Assembly: GCA_040437565.1 (NCBI GenBank)
Contig: JBDOQK010000084.1
Span: 62,001 to 82,931 of the forward strand
Length of the DNA stretch: 20,931 bases
Source of the DNA: Albugo candida
Taxonomy: Eukaryota
Direction of reading: 5' to 3'
Position numbers and translations under genes: made by a program
Notes under the pieces: model-generated
Databases searched by the model: none
Told to the model about the DNA's origin: nothing
Seen by the model: only the letters and a program-made list of their open reading frames with translations
Part shown: positions 9,322 through 19,200 of the stretch, piece by piece
Layout of the letters: every line of letters begins with the position of its first letter
How positions within the stretch are numbered: the stretch's first letter is position 1

Positions 9322-12300
9322 CAGTGAGCAGTGTATTCGACCAGAAGTAGACCTAGTTGGATTCCACGTTTGGTATTCTGTATCAGAAACTAGTTATTTG
9401 AAACAATGTGATTGAAACTAGGGCATGTTTAAGTACTTTTACGCATGCATGTGCCCGGTGGATCGCAAAAAGAATATTACAATAATTTCTTGATGGTCTG
9501 ATTTAACAATCGGATTCCTACATCAGAAATGTCTCCAAAAGTCTGAGCCATCCCCACGAATAAGCGCATAAGACTTTATGAAAGGCGTGTACCACAATGC
9601 AACGCTGCCATTAAGCAAATATCCGAATTTTGATGCTTCTAAATCGATAACAACGAGAATAAGGAATGCTTACAATATTCCATGCATTCTTTCATCCAAT
9701 GGAACGCTTCCGTAGAAGTTAGCTCACCTTCAACAAACCACTTCTATATTTATCATTTCTAATAAAAGAGCTCGTGGAGGAGTTGGCTCGGAGCACGACG
9801 TTCGAACACGTTTATTAAGTTTAGATTGCTGATTACACTAGATGAAATATTAGAATCTTCAGCATGGCCTTTAGTGTCCAATGTGGTCTACACCATCAAC
9901 ATAATGAAATATATCAACATCGTGGATCCCATTACATGATAAGATCCGAATCATGTAGTATGAATTGATTTGCATCGGCCACTTAACGGATCTCTTTGTA
10001 TCGAAAGTCTTGACTCTGTGTTGCCCCTATATTAAAAAGAAAAGCGAACATGATCGCGTTCATTATGAGTATATACTTTACATACATATTCCAGCTTCGG
10101 TTAGCCAACAGCGCTGCGTTCGACGTGTGGGATATTCGCCAATAACTGTCGCTGAAATAGAGAGCTTGGGCTGCGAAGAAACTTCATATAAAGTCGCATA
10201 GACATTTAGAGCTGTTAGTCCAGTGGTCTTTCACGCATAGTGTCGCAATGGCATCAGCCAATCATATTACCGGAAATTTGTCCCGCTAATCGGATACAGA
10301 TATTCGCAGTTAAGGAACAATGTAAAGGCCGGGCATCAAATCCCACCAATCAAGAATTAAAGATCTTACAAACGAAAAAAAACGCCCCGGAACTCAACAA
10401 GTTAGAAAAAAAACTAGGGTGGTTTTCTTATCTGAATCAGATTTTGTCTACGGACTAGTTGTCGTTCAATATATTATGAGATGAAATGAGCTCCATTTTC
10501 TTCGCGTTTGTAGAGTCAACAAACTTCGTGTAGAATGCCTTTGCTGACGAAAACATATCTACAGGGATGATATCAGCATCATATAGTACGAGCGGCTAGA
10601 CAATAATGCATTGCTCGAGCTGATAAGACGGCCGTCAGCCGCATGGTTCAATGTGCAAGTGAGATTGGGCATCATTATAATATCTCAAGTGAGTCGTACA
10701 AGACCATTCGTAATTCTGGCACGCTTATATCCAAATGGCCTTTCAGAGAAAGCCAACTTTTTGAAACGATCAATAAGAGTGCTTCAAAGCAACGGATAAG
10801 TGAGGTTACATTACGCATCCCACTTTATAATAAATTATAAAGCCGAATGATCGGAGCTTATATTTCTAATACTTTGGAGCAATTCAATTGTCGCAATTAC
10901 GCAGCTATAAAAGATTTGGGACACCGAGAAGGCTATATGATCACTGTTATCCAGCTTTTGAGTCTTACAAACCGTTTGATTTGAAAGTTCAGCAATAAAT
11001 AGAATTTAACTGAAGAATATCGATAAACAACTCTGATTTGGCTTGAATATAATCAGCTTCTCAGAGGTTTTCCAGATCCTACCTACCCACTCCATGAAAA
11101 CAACTATATTAATTCTGCGATGTTATCTCCTTCGCGAATTCCTAAACATAAGCTGCTTTGCTTGCCAGCCGTCAGTGCCTGATTTGAGAGGTAAATAAAA
11201 GAGTCGACGCACGAATCATGTATTTCACGTGTCTTTTCTGGGTAAAATTAGGCACGACCCCTCCGTTGTCTTTCTAACAGACCATTTTGGTTGCTACAAG
11301 GAAGGTCGGCGTACGGAGAAAATCTTGATTTTTTTATATCTTTAGCTAATCTCGGCATATTTTAATGGACTTCAGAGAGAGCAAAGTGCTTTCGACTTGT
11401 AGCTGATTTGGCCTAACAGTATAAAACTCAAACACGTTTTTCGTCCTTTCGTGAACTAACTTACTCTCATTACATGACGCCTTAGAAAATAATCGCGCAT
11501 CAAACTAGCACGAAGCAACTTATTTAATAATGAAGGTACAGAAAACGTTTGAGCGCTACCATTTCGATTTTGTTGAATTTCGGCACGGTAAGCTACCTGC
11601 GCCGAAATAAGTTTCTACTACATAATTAAACTAACGATATTCTCAACTTTGCATGCGTTGACACAGACACTCCACATAATCATTGCTCTCGTAAACCTAG
11701 TTACTTCAAGAGAATAATCACGGTATGAAACAGATGAAGGTACTCTAATTTTTCCATTATCCAAATTCCCTTTCAGTTTTATCACAAATTAGAGGCTCTT
11801 TTTTTTAAATCTGACTGATACTCTGTCTTTTTCTACTCCTACAACAAACTTACAAGCAACAGAGCTACCTCTGCTCTGATTTCTTGAGTCGTTGATATAT
11901 TGATTTGATCACGTCGAATGGGCTCATTGCTATCATGGGTTCATGAATCTTTTCGTTTTCTCACTAATGACGTCAAGTGCTTATTAATTACTCAAGCATG
12001 TAACCTTTGATCACACCTTTTCTTCAGAAGCTTCCATATCAGCGGTCACCTCAGTTCTTTCGTTTACCCTTCTTCTAAATGGCCAACTTTAACAACTTAA
12101 CGCCTTAGTACCGCCTTGTTGATTACTTGGGAGACGGTATGTCTATTATCCTCAACAGGATGAAAATGTTTGAAATGAGAGCGAGACAGTGAAATAAGCA
12201 TACATTCTTTAAAGGTATCAATCATGTCTACAAAGCACTTTCACCAATTTTATTTCTGAAGATATATAATAGTACGAAAAAACGACGGTGTCATTCTTTC

Positions 12301-13313
12301 GTGCAAACCATGGTTTCGAATGATCCGACACGTCGAATCAGTTGTTCAAAGCTTCACTTACTCAAGGGATAGCCTTTTTTCTCTGCACTGGTCCCCGTCT
12401 CAGGAAGTAATACTTTCCGATACATTCGCATCTTGTCCACATAGGAACAGGTTACCTTGTGATTCAAAGCAGTATTTCTCCTTAATTTCTCGGCTTCCCA
12501 TTCATGCCGGTGACACCACAATACATTGTTTTGTAGTAATTGTTCCTTGTGACCACTTATGGTCTAATAAGGTGACAGAAGATATGTAGACTCTGGTGGC
12601 ACATATGGGACAAATCCTTATTGTACCTTTAGTTCTCTACACGCTTATATGTATTCCTGAGCGAAATCATAAAGTAGAAGTCGAATACAATTGCAAATCG
12701 CTTCTTTCTTTACACAATTACCCTTTCTGATGATCCATTCAATGAAACTGTTTTTAGGGTATACTCTTTCTGTTAATAACAGTCTGAATCACTTTCATCA
12801 ATCTATCAAATCATCTTCGACGTTTTCAACACGAGTACTAGCACGATATTTCCTTCTATAGAGTCAGTAAAAATGCAGACCAGGATGACAAGTGTAAGGA
12901 TTTGAGACGTCTAGCAGCATCCCATCAAAACCTCCATTCAGATTAAAGTGACTCGGTTTATCGCACTTGCCCACTTATCAAAACGAACGAGAGTGGACGC
13001 TTAAAATAGGTCTGCCCTTCCGTCTCTTTGCAATTAATTCATAGAACCGATTGAGAATACAGAGTCTTTCTTTTGGCTACTTCGAGTGTTAGCAGACAAA
13101 AAGCCGGATTGTCACCATTCACCCCTGCACTTGTTTACATTTTTGGTTATACGTATGCAACAAGTCAACTGAGGTCACTATAGCTTCTGAAAAGCTATCA
13201 CCGGCTACTGATGAAGCTCGTTGTCTTGATGTTGACAGCAGCCACTCACGATCCTGTTACTGCTATGTGTAATCTTTGGTATCTCTTAATGAGCTATGAT
13301 TTTCGCTTCAACC

Positions 13314-13329
13314 ACTCTACTGTCCTGGA
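13314..13329 (+). repeat. Target-site duplication, left copy (ACTCTACTGTCCTGGA)
   Basis: Identical to 13574-13589 and directly abuts the SINE 3' end. Confidence 0.92.
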
Positions 13330-13573
13330 TTGTCAAGGATTTCATTACACTGTTTATCTGGTTTTTGAACTCCTTTCCTTATCCTATCATGAGTCTCTGA
13401 CCGTGTGAATATCACTTAAGTCTGACTTCAAACCTAGATAGGCAGATATTTTCCAAGCATATTGCTTGGGTGGGCTCAAAACGCTGCCCACACTGCCGGG
13501 AATCGAACAAACGAACTCCGGCAGGGGGTCCGTGCGCTCAAATGCTTAACCGACTGAGCTGGGTACGAACCCT
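13330..13573 (-). mobile_element. tRNA-derived SINE, 244 bp, apparently full length
   Basis: Minus strand starts AGGGTTCGTACCCAGCTCAGTCGGTTAAGC. A-box-like CAGCTCAGTCGG (13561-13550) and B-box GTTCGATTCC (13508-13499) lie 41 nt apart, followed by a tRNA-unrelated body. Flanked by an exact 16-bp direct repeat. No acceptor stem can be formed, so it is not a functional tRNA. Confidence 0.88.
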
Positions 13574-13589
13574 ACTCTACTGTCCTGGA
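13574..13589 (+). repeat. Target-site duplication, right copy (ACTCTACTGTCCTGGA)
   Basis: Identical to 13314-13329 and directly abuts the tRNA-like 5' end of the SINE. Confidence 0.92.
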
Positions 13590-14182
13590 GAATACCGGCT
13601 GTATCGATCTAAGGCACCTATCAGAGACAGAATAATAAAACTTTATCTGTAAACCGTTCGAAGGCGACAAAGCGGAAACTCAGCCTTACGAGTCGCGTTT
13701 AAGTGTATATGTGTATTACTGAAAGCTTCATAGTGGAGCTTACGGGACGGGTGACGGATATATTTTTGACGGGCATCGCTTTTTAAAATACTAACGTCGT
13801 TTATACACTCTGTTCACATATCATGGGTTTATGATCTGAACCTCAAGAAGACTACTTTGGATGTGTCAGCTCCGCGTTTTCTTAAAAAAGGTGGTTTGAA
13901 TATTTATTAGCAGTGCCAAAATTAGAAATTAGGAAAACTATGTGAGGATCAAGACAAGCGGGGCAGTCAAACCGCCGTGTATGGAGTTCTTTTAGTACGT
14001 CAGGATAAAGAACCATTTGCAACGAGACATGATTCTACGGTTTCTATACCAGAGCTATTTATCGTGTTCACACCTCGTATACAATTCCTGTGATAAACAA
14101 TTACTCGAAAAAGCTTTTTGTATGTCGGCTGGAGTTATTTCTGTGAGTTACACTGCTTTGATGTATTCCTTATTCTACATGA

Positions 14183-16249
14183 TTATTTCTGGGATCGTGT
14201 TTCTCTCGAAGAGATGTCTTCTCCTGTCAGTTGCCGAAGTCCAACAAGACGCTCAAGTTGAGTTCGACGCGTGTCATAATTCAGACTCACACAATTTTTT
14301 CCAAGACAAGATTTGAGAATGAGTGATGATGTCTGATGCATCCAAACAGAACCTCCTGTTGTTGATTCTGTCATACGCGAAACAAACTTCTGTGTGCTGA
14401 AGTAGGCAATCCACACAATCAAATTGTTAATGGACTAACGCGATATTGCTATATCTTGACCAGGTTTGTCGGGGAGAATCCGATTGCAATTGGTCTGAAG
14501 AGATAGCTTGGGTTAAACCATCTATATTCGGAGATGTGTTATGATTTTGAGGGGGCCAAACACCCACGGGAACGCGAATCTTAAAAAATGTGTTGATAAA
14601 TATTTTCTCCGTTGATTTAGGTGGGAGTGTTGATAAATAATGTTGGTGATAGTAACAAAACCTCTGGGGGACAACTTGAATCCTGTTACATGAGTCTATA
14701 CTGCGATTCTCTACAACCGTTTGGATTGACGCCTTGAAAGCCTCCAAAGCAAGTTCTGAAATGGCGATTAGAAGTGAAAATTTAGTGAGAGTGTAGATAT
14801 CCAGTGATTTTATAGCCCCCATAAAAGCGGTTCTTAGGCACGTGAGACAACGATCCACCGCCGAAGACCGGTGGAACGACAAAAAGCAATGATCAGACTG
14901 CTCTTCAGTCTTCTGAGGATCAGAATGTATCTGATACATTCCTACATTCATCATATGATTCGTAATATATCGCTTGCAGGCGGCTCCTTCCAGCATTTGC
15001 ACCAATTTCCATGAATTGCAAGATGGTTGTACTTCAGAAGGATCAGTTAGGATCATTGCTTCCCTTCCTGAAAAATCGAGCACCACAGGAGCTCCACGAA
15101 AATGTTTGAGAATACAGCGTATACATCTCGAAACAAAGTTTTCCTTCGACTTGACGTATATACAGACGCGCTCTTGTAGCTTAGTATATTCAAGGTGTGG
15201 GTTGATGTTAAAGCATTCTCTGGATAAGAAAACCTTTGAATGGCCTTTTCCATCCTTTTATAAGCCATATGATTCAAAATTTGTCTCATTTGCTCCAAGC
15301 TCATTGATGTCTCATACTGGACAATCGGTATATGAGCTCCTTTCTGTTTGTTGAGCTGGTCATCAGACGCTTGATGTGTTGGAAAAAGGTAAGCCATATC
15401 CTTACAAACGTGCAAAGGCCAGCCATAAATTTTCGAGCAAAATGTTTTCTTACAATTGATAATTTTGTGTGCATATTTGTGAATGCTACGAAAAATGCAC
15501 AGCTCAGCTAAGCTTCTCAAGCCACTATAAAATAAGAAATATGTTCGAACGGCTAACGCTTCACTGTGCATAGCCAAACATTCTCGACAAACAGCTTCTT
15601 CTAAGTAAGATGGGATTATCATGCATTGGAGTGACCAGCGGAAATCTTGCCGGTATTCCGTTCGTATTTTAATCCAGTTGATCATATTTGAGATAACAAA
15701 AGCTTGATGTGATAATATGGAAGGTCTTGAGTTTCTTCCAGAAAAGAATGGAATTTCCAAAACTTGTTTGCGTTTAGATAACGTTTTTGACTTCTTTTTA
15801 TGTAATAGAATTGCGGTCCATCCATCAGCATTTACTTCTGTCTCTGCGAACACTATCCGCTTTGCGAGTTGGTTACGACTATTCTCCAGCTTATTTGGTA
15901 TATTTTTAGAGATTTTCATCCGAGAATCGCTCCGGGCTGGATCATTGAGGACGTATCCCCCAGGAGTAGGAGATGATATGATAAATTCACGCTCGTAACT
16001 GCAATGAGAAATCACCGTTTTGATGATACTTGAATGACGTCCATCGATCCAGTATAGTCTATAATCCTTACTGACTTCGATTAAATCAATTCTTTTAATC
16101 CCTATGGAGAGAACGAGACATCGGTGACACGCTGAAAAACTTCTTGTATTTTCAGCCGTAACATTCAAGATTCCTGATGTCATAAAATTGACCTGTGAGC
16201 ACGACACAAGCGTGGTGAGAAGCGAAACGCACATCGCAGTGCTCAACAT
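14183..16249 (-). pseudogene. Full ancestral extent of the CCG effector (about 688 aa), disrupted by a -1 frameshift near 15258, TAA at 14429-14427 and a +1 frameshift near 14390
   Basis: The frame of ORF 14427..15086 is open from 15257 and contains RCIRCIL and RCLTCL. Directly after its TAA the same frame reads QFDCVDCLLQH. ORF 14183..14422, in the original frame, supplies LKSCLGKNC, echoing IINCKKTFC of module 2. Span is 2067 nt = 689 codons. Confidence 0.75.
15053..16249 (-). CDS. CCG (CHxC) class secreted effector, truncated 398-aa ORF (about the last 68 aa probably out of frame)
   Basis: Hydrophobic signal peptide MLSTAMCVSLLTTLVSC, then CHRCLVLSIG at aa 41-50 (16129-16100), matching both CHxC and CxxCxxxxxG, the defining motif of Albugo CCG effectors. 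Second module CRECL at aa 221. Longest ORF in the window. Confidence 0.85.
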   Translation of the reverse strand: MLSTAMCVSLLTTLVSCSQVNFMTSGILNVTAENTRSFSACHRCLVLSIGIKRIDLIEVSKDYRLYWIDGRHSSIIKTVISHCSYEREFIISSPTPGGYVLNDPARSDSRMKISKNIPNKLENSRNQLAKRIVFAETEVNADGWTAILLHKKKSKTLSKRKQVLEIPFFSGRNSRPSILSHQAFVISNMINWIKIRTEYRQDFRWSLQCMIIPSYLEEAVCRECLAMHSEALAVRTYFLFYSGLRSLAELCIFRSIHKYAHKIINCKKTFCSKIYGWPLHVCKDMAYLFPTHQASDDQLNKQKGAHIPIVQYETSMSLEQMRQILNHMAYKRMEKAIQRFSYPENALTSTHTLNILSYKSASVYTSSRRKTLFRDVYAVFSNIFVELLWCSIFQEGKQ

Positions 16250-16272
16250 GATTTTTTTTGGCTCGCTGGCGT

Positions 16273-16287
16273 GAAATAAAGATGAGC
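16273..16287 (-). promoter_or_regulatory. Possible Inr/FPR-like core promoter of the CCG gene
   Basis: Minus strand GCTCATCTTTATTTC 24-38 nt upstream of the ATG; imperfect match to the oomycete GCTCATTY..WTTY element. Confidence 0.3.
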
Positions 16288-19200
16288 ACGTGGTATTATA
16301 TTAACCAATCGCAACACCTTTTTCGGAACTCAATCGCGCGATAATGGCATACTTGCAATGACAACATATTATTTGGTTGAAGACCCACCCGATCATGTTT
16401 TGTCTTCTCAAGAGTACTTCGTATCGAGGTTTGACATCAGAATAAGGATGAGAAGCAATAAAACATGATATAGTATATGTCTTTCGGCGACACATACCAT
16501 ATCGCCTTCAATAATTTTCCTGCTGGACATAGATTGCTGTAAGAAAGCAGAAATAGAAAAGATTCGTATTTGAAGCCTCTGGCTTCGAAAGCGTTTTCAT
16601 TTCAACGATCAGTAATTCAGGTAATGACATTTTATCAAGTGCTTTTGTAGCTGAACGCTGGCCAAAGCATATAATACGACAGCATCATGTGATGTCAAAT
16701 CTCCGATTCGATTGAGATCTACCTCCTTCGTTTTGAAATGGCTCTTGAAAAATCAACAGTGTATTATTACGTTTAAAGCAGCTGACGTGAGATTAATTTG
16801 AATGATCTAAATTGGTTGATTATCATGTAAATTTCGGAACGGGAAAATGGTAAGAATAAAAGTTGTTTTCCACCACAGCGAGGGGGCCAATGAGCAATAA
16901 TAAAGTGATATTACGGAAGGCTACCTTTTAAAACTATAATAAAATTTTCACATCATGATATTAAGAATGTTCGTTGGATGGTTTTAGGAAGAATGACGAA
17001 AATAAAAAATCAAAAACCGAATAGCTTTCGTGTCTAAACGTATATCCATGTTATCTCATGTGCATGATTCATTGATCAGCTAGATGTTGTCAAGGCTCAC
17101 AAGAAATTTACGATACTGTACATGATTGCGATTCGCATACAGATGAATGATACCTCGATCAAGCGTATTGAGTAATGGAACGCTTGCTTTGGAAGACATT
17201 GCCAACTTTATCGGCGAAATTTGGAATCTTGCAGCCGTAATTAGGTCGGAAGTCTCTGTTGACCAACTTGAAGAAAAGCAGACAGCTTGCAGTATAAATC
17301 AGAATACAGTAGGATGGTATGTGTCGCATCGAACAAAAAACTTCCCTTGGTCATTGCTCCTTTGGATTTCACGTGATGTGCATTGCTTCGCCACGTCACT
17401 CGTTCCGCGAATCAGACGATCCAACTTGTGCAACGTGCTCCATAACTGCTTTATACAATAAATAAATATACTTTCTTTTGCAAAAGAACGCTAATGTGTC
17501 GACACGAAATGTTTGCACCCAGTGTTTTAATAACAGAGCTGATTCTTTCAATTCAGCATTAACAATTGTCAGTGTAAGAGTTTTCATTATGAGATTGCTA
17601 CCATGAATAACGATGAGCTATCAAATAGAATTCCTATCCTATCACTTAATATAGGTCTGATGCGATGTTTTTGACCAACCTCTTGATTTGTCAGCTTTAT
17701 TTCTTATACCAAGAAGACGTTGCTATTTTCCGAGTGCACATTCTACTGCACAGCTTGGTATATAAAGACATCAAGAGCTCACTGAAGATAGAAAAAAAGT
17801 AGTGTTTACGCGAGACAAATTGAAGAGGATTTGTCTCATGAAACCTGACCTCTTGTTGCGCACGATCGCGATATGTAAATGGGAAACTGTGTGGAAGATG
17901 AGGGAAAATTTTCTAACCATACCTGAAGCTTTGCAGTGTTCGCGTAATCTAGGTAACCATTCATAAAATTATAGTACTGTAATACCATCGATGATTAAAC
18001 TCTTATACCACAATCACTGGAGACAGTAGCATGGGCCAACGAATTTTTCTTAAAGAGATTAAGATGGGTTGATAGAAGCTTCCCTGGCTAACTATGGCCT
18101 GATCAAGATGAAGCCAGCAGGTCACAAAAGAACTCTCGATAAAGAGCATCCAACCATGCGAGTGTTCCGATAAGGGTGCATTGATAGATGCCAACACGAA
18201 TGCTTAAATCATTGTCAGCAGCAGTCATGATTTGGCACAACAGCCAAAAATATATGACTTTTAGGAGTTTCTTGCCTCTGTATCTATCAAAATGAATCGA
18301 ACCACGTTGATGGAATGGATAATATCTATACCGATTTTGAATTTTATGTCGTTCCTATACAGAACACTGATACTGATCATTCCGAAAATGAACAGTATGT
18401 ACTTGCGCTCAAGTCTAGCAACATGCGTCATGCTGATCAGCACGGATCGACTCGACATATACCCTTCAATCACGTTTCCGATCAATATGATCATGAGCTA
18501 CATGACTTACAGAGCCAGGTTTGAGCGCTTTTGGAAGTGTGTTTATCTGAGTTGACCAGACGAGGATGTATTTTCTGCCATTTTCGGTGATTATCGTGTG
18601 CAAATTATATACAAACCTTCAAAATCAATGCAGCGTCTCTTTTGCATCGTTGGCAAGAGCAATTCTCAAGTATAAAAGGATGATGTTTCGTACACCGAAT
18701 CAGGACACTTTTGTTGTAGGCCAGACTTCATTGTTTTTCAGCAGTGCCATTCTTAATTCTTCTAATAATTTCAGTGCTTTATATTTTATATAAAACTCTC
18801 ATGAAATCTTTCATGATGCCGACAGCACCAAATCCCGAAACGAAGCAGAGTATTATCGATTTTGATGTTCTGGTACCAGAAAGATTATTCAAAGATTACA
18901 TACATTACTATCTCACCGACGGGCAAACAAAGCGTATTGTCGAATAAGTCCACTCGTCATGATACTCGTCTTGCTCAATTAAACAAGCGTAGCAAGTCGC
19001 ATAGTGGGACGTCGTTCCCAGGCTGAGAAGTTGGAAAAGGTATAAGGCACTAATTTATATTGATATCATGATGATGGAATAGGCGCGAGCTGCATCAACG
19101 GAAACCCAAGCTCGGAAAATGCCTTATATTACAGCATGCATTTCACGGATGTTATATTGTCGCATGTAGTCATAAGGAAAGAGGCAAGGAATTTTGCATC

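Noticed and set aside
9774..9812. A-box/B-box-like pair (TGGAGGAGTTGG...GTTCGAAC)
   Set aside because: Spacing too short, no stems, no TSD.
10480..10980. Plus-strand coding-like fragments with a possible frameshifted CRxCL
   Set aside because: Needs an assumed indel and has many stops; no family recognisable without a search.
12540..12670. Minus-strand FVPYVPPESTYLLSP resembling the pogo DDE_1 motif PPxxTxxLQPLD
   Set aside because: Lacks QPLD and any other transposase motif; too weak.
13490..13572. Functional tRNA gene
   Set aside because: D-loop and T-loop motifs are present but there is no acceptor stem, no clean anticodon arm, and the T arm has a duplication; the flanking TSD indicates a SINE.
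13470..13652. 60-aa ORF with CPHC motif
   Set aside because: Antisense to the SINE head and crosses its TSD; incidental.
14974..15998. Plus-strand ORFs of 126 and 93 aa
   Set aside because: Antisense to the CCG coding sequence with no independent support.
17812..17837. 9-bp hairpin GAGACAAAT/ATTTGTCTC
   Set aside because: About one such stem is expected by chance in a window of this size.
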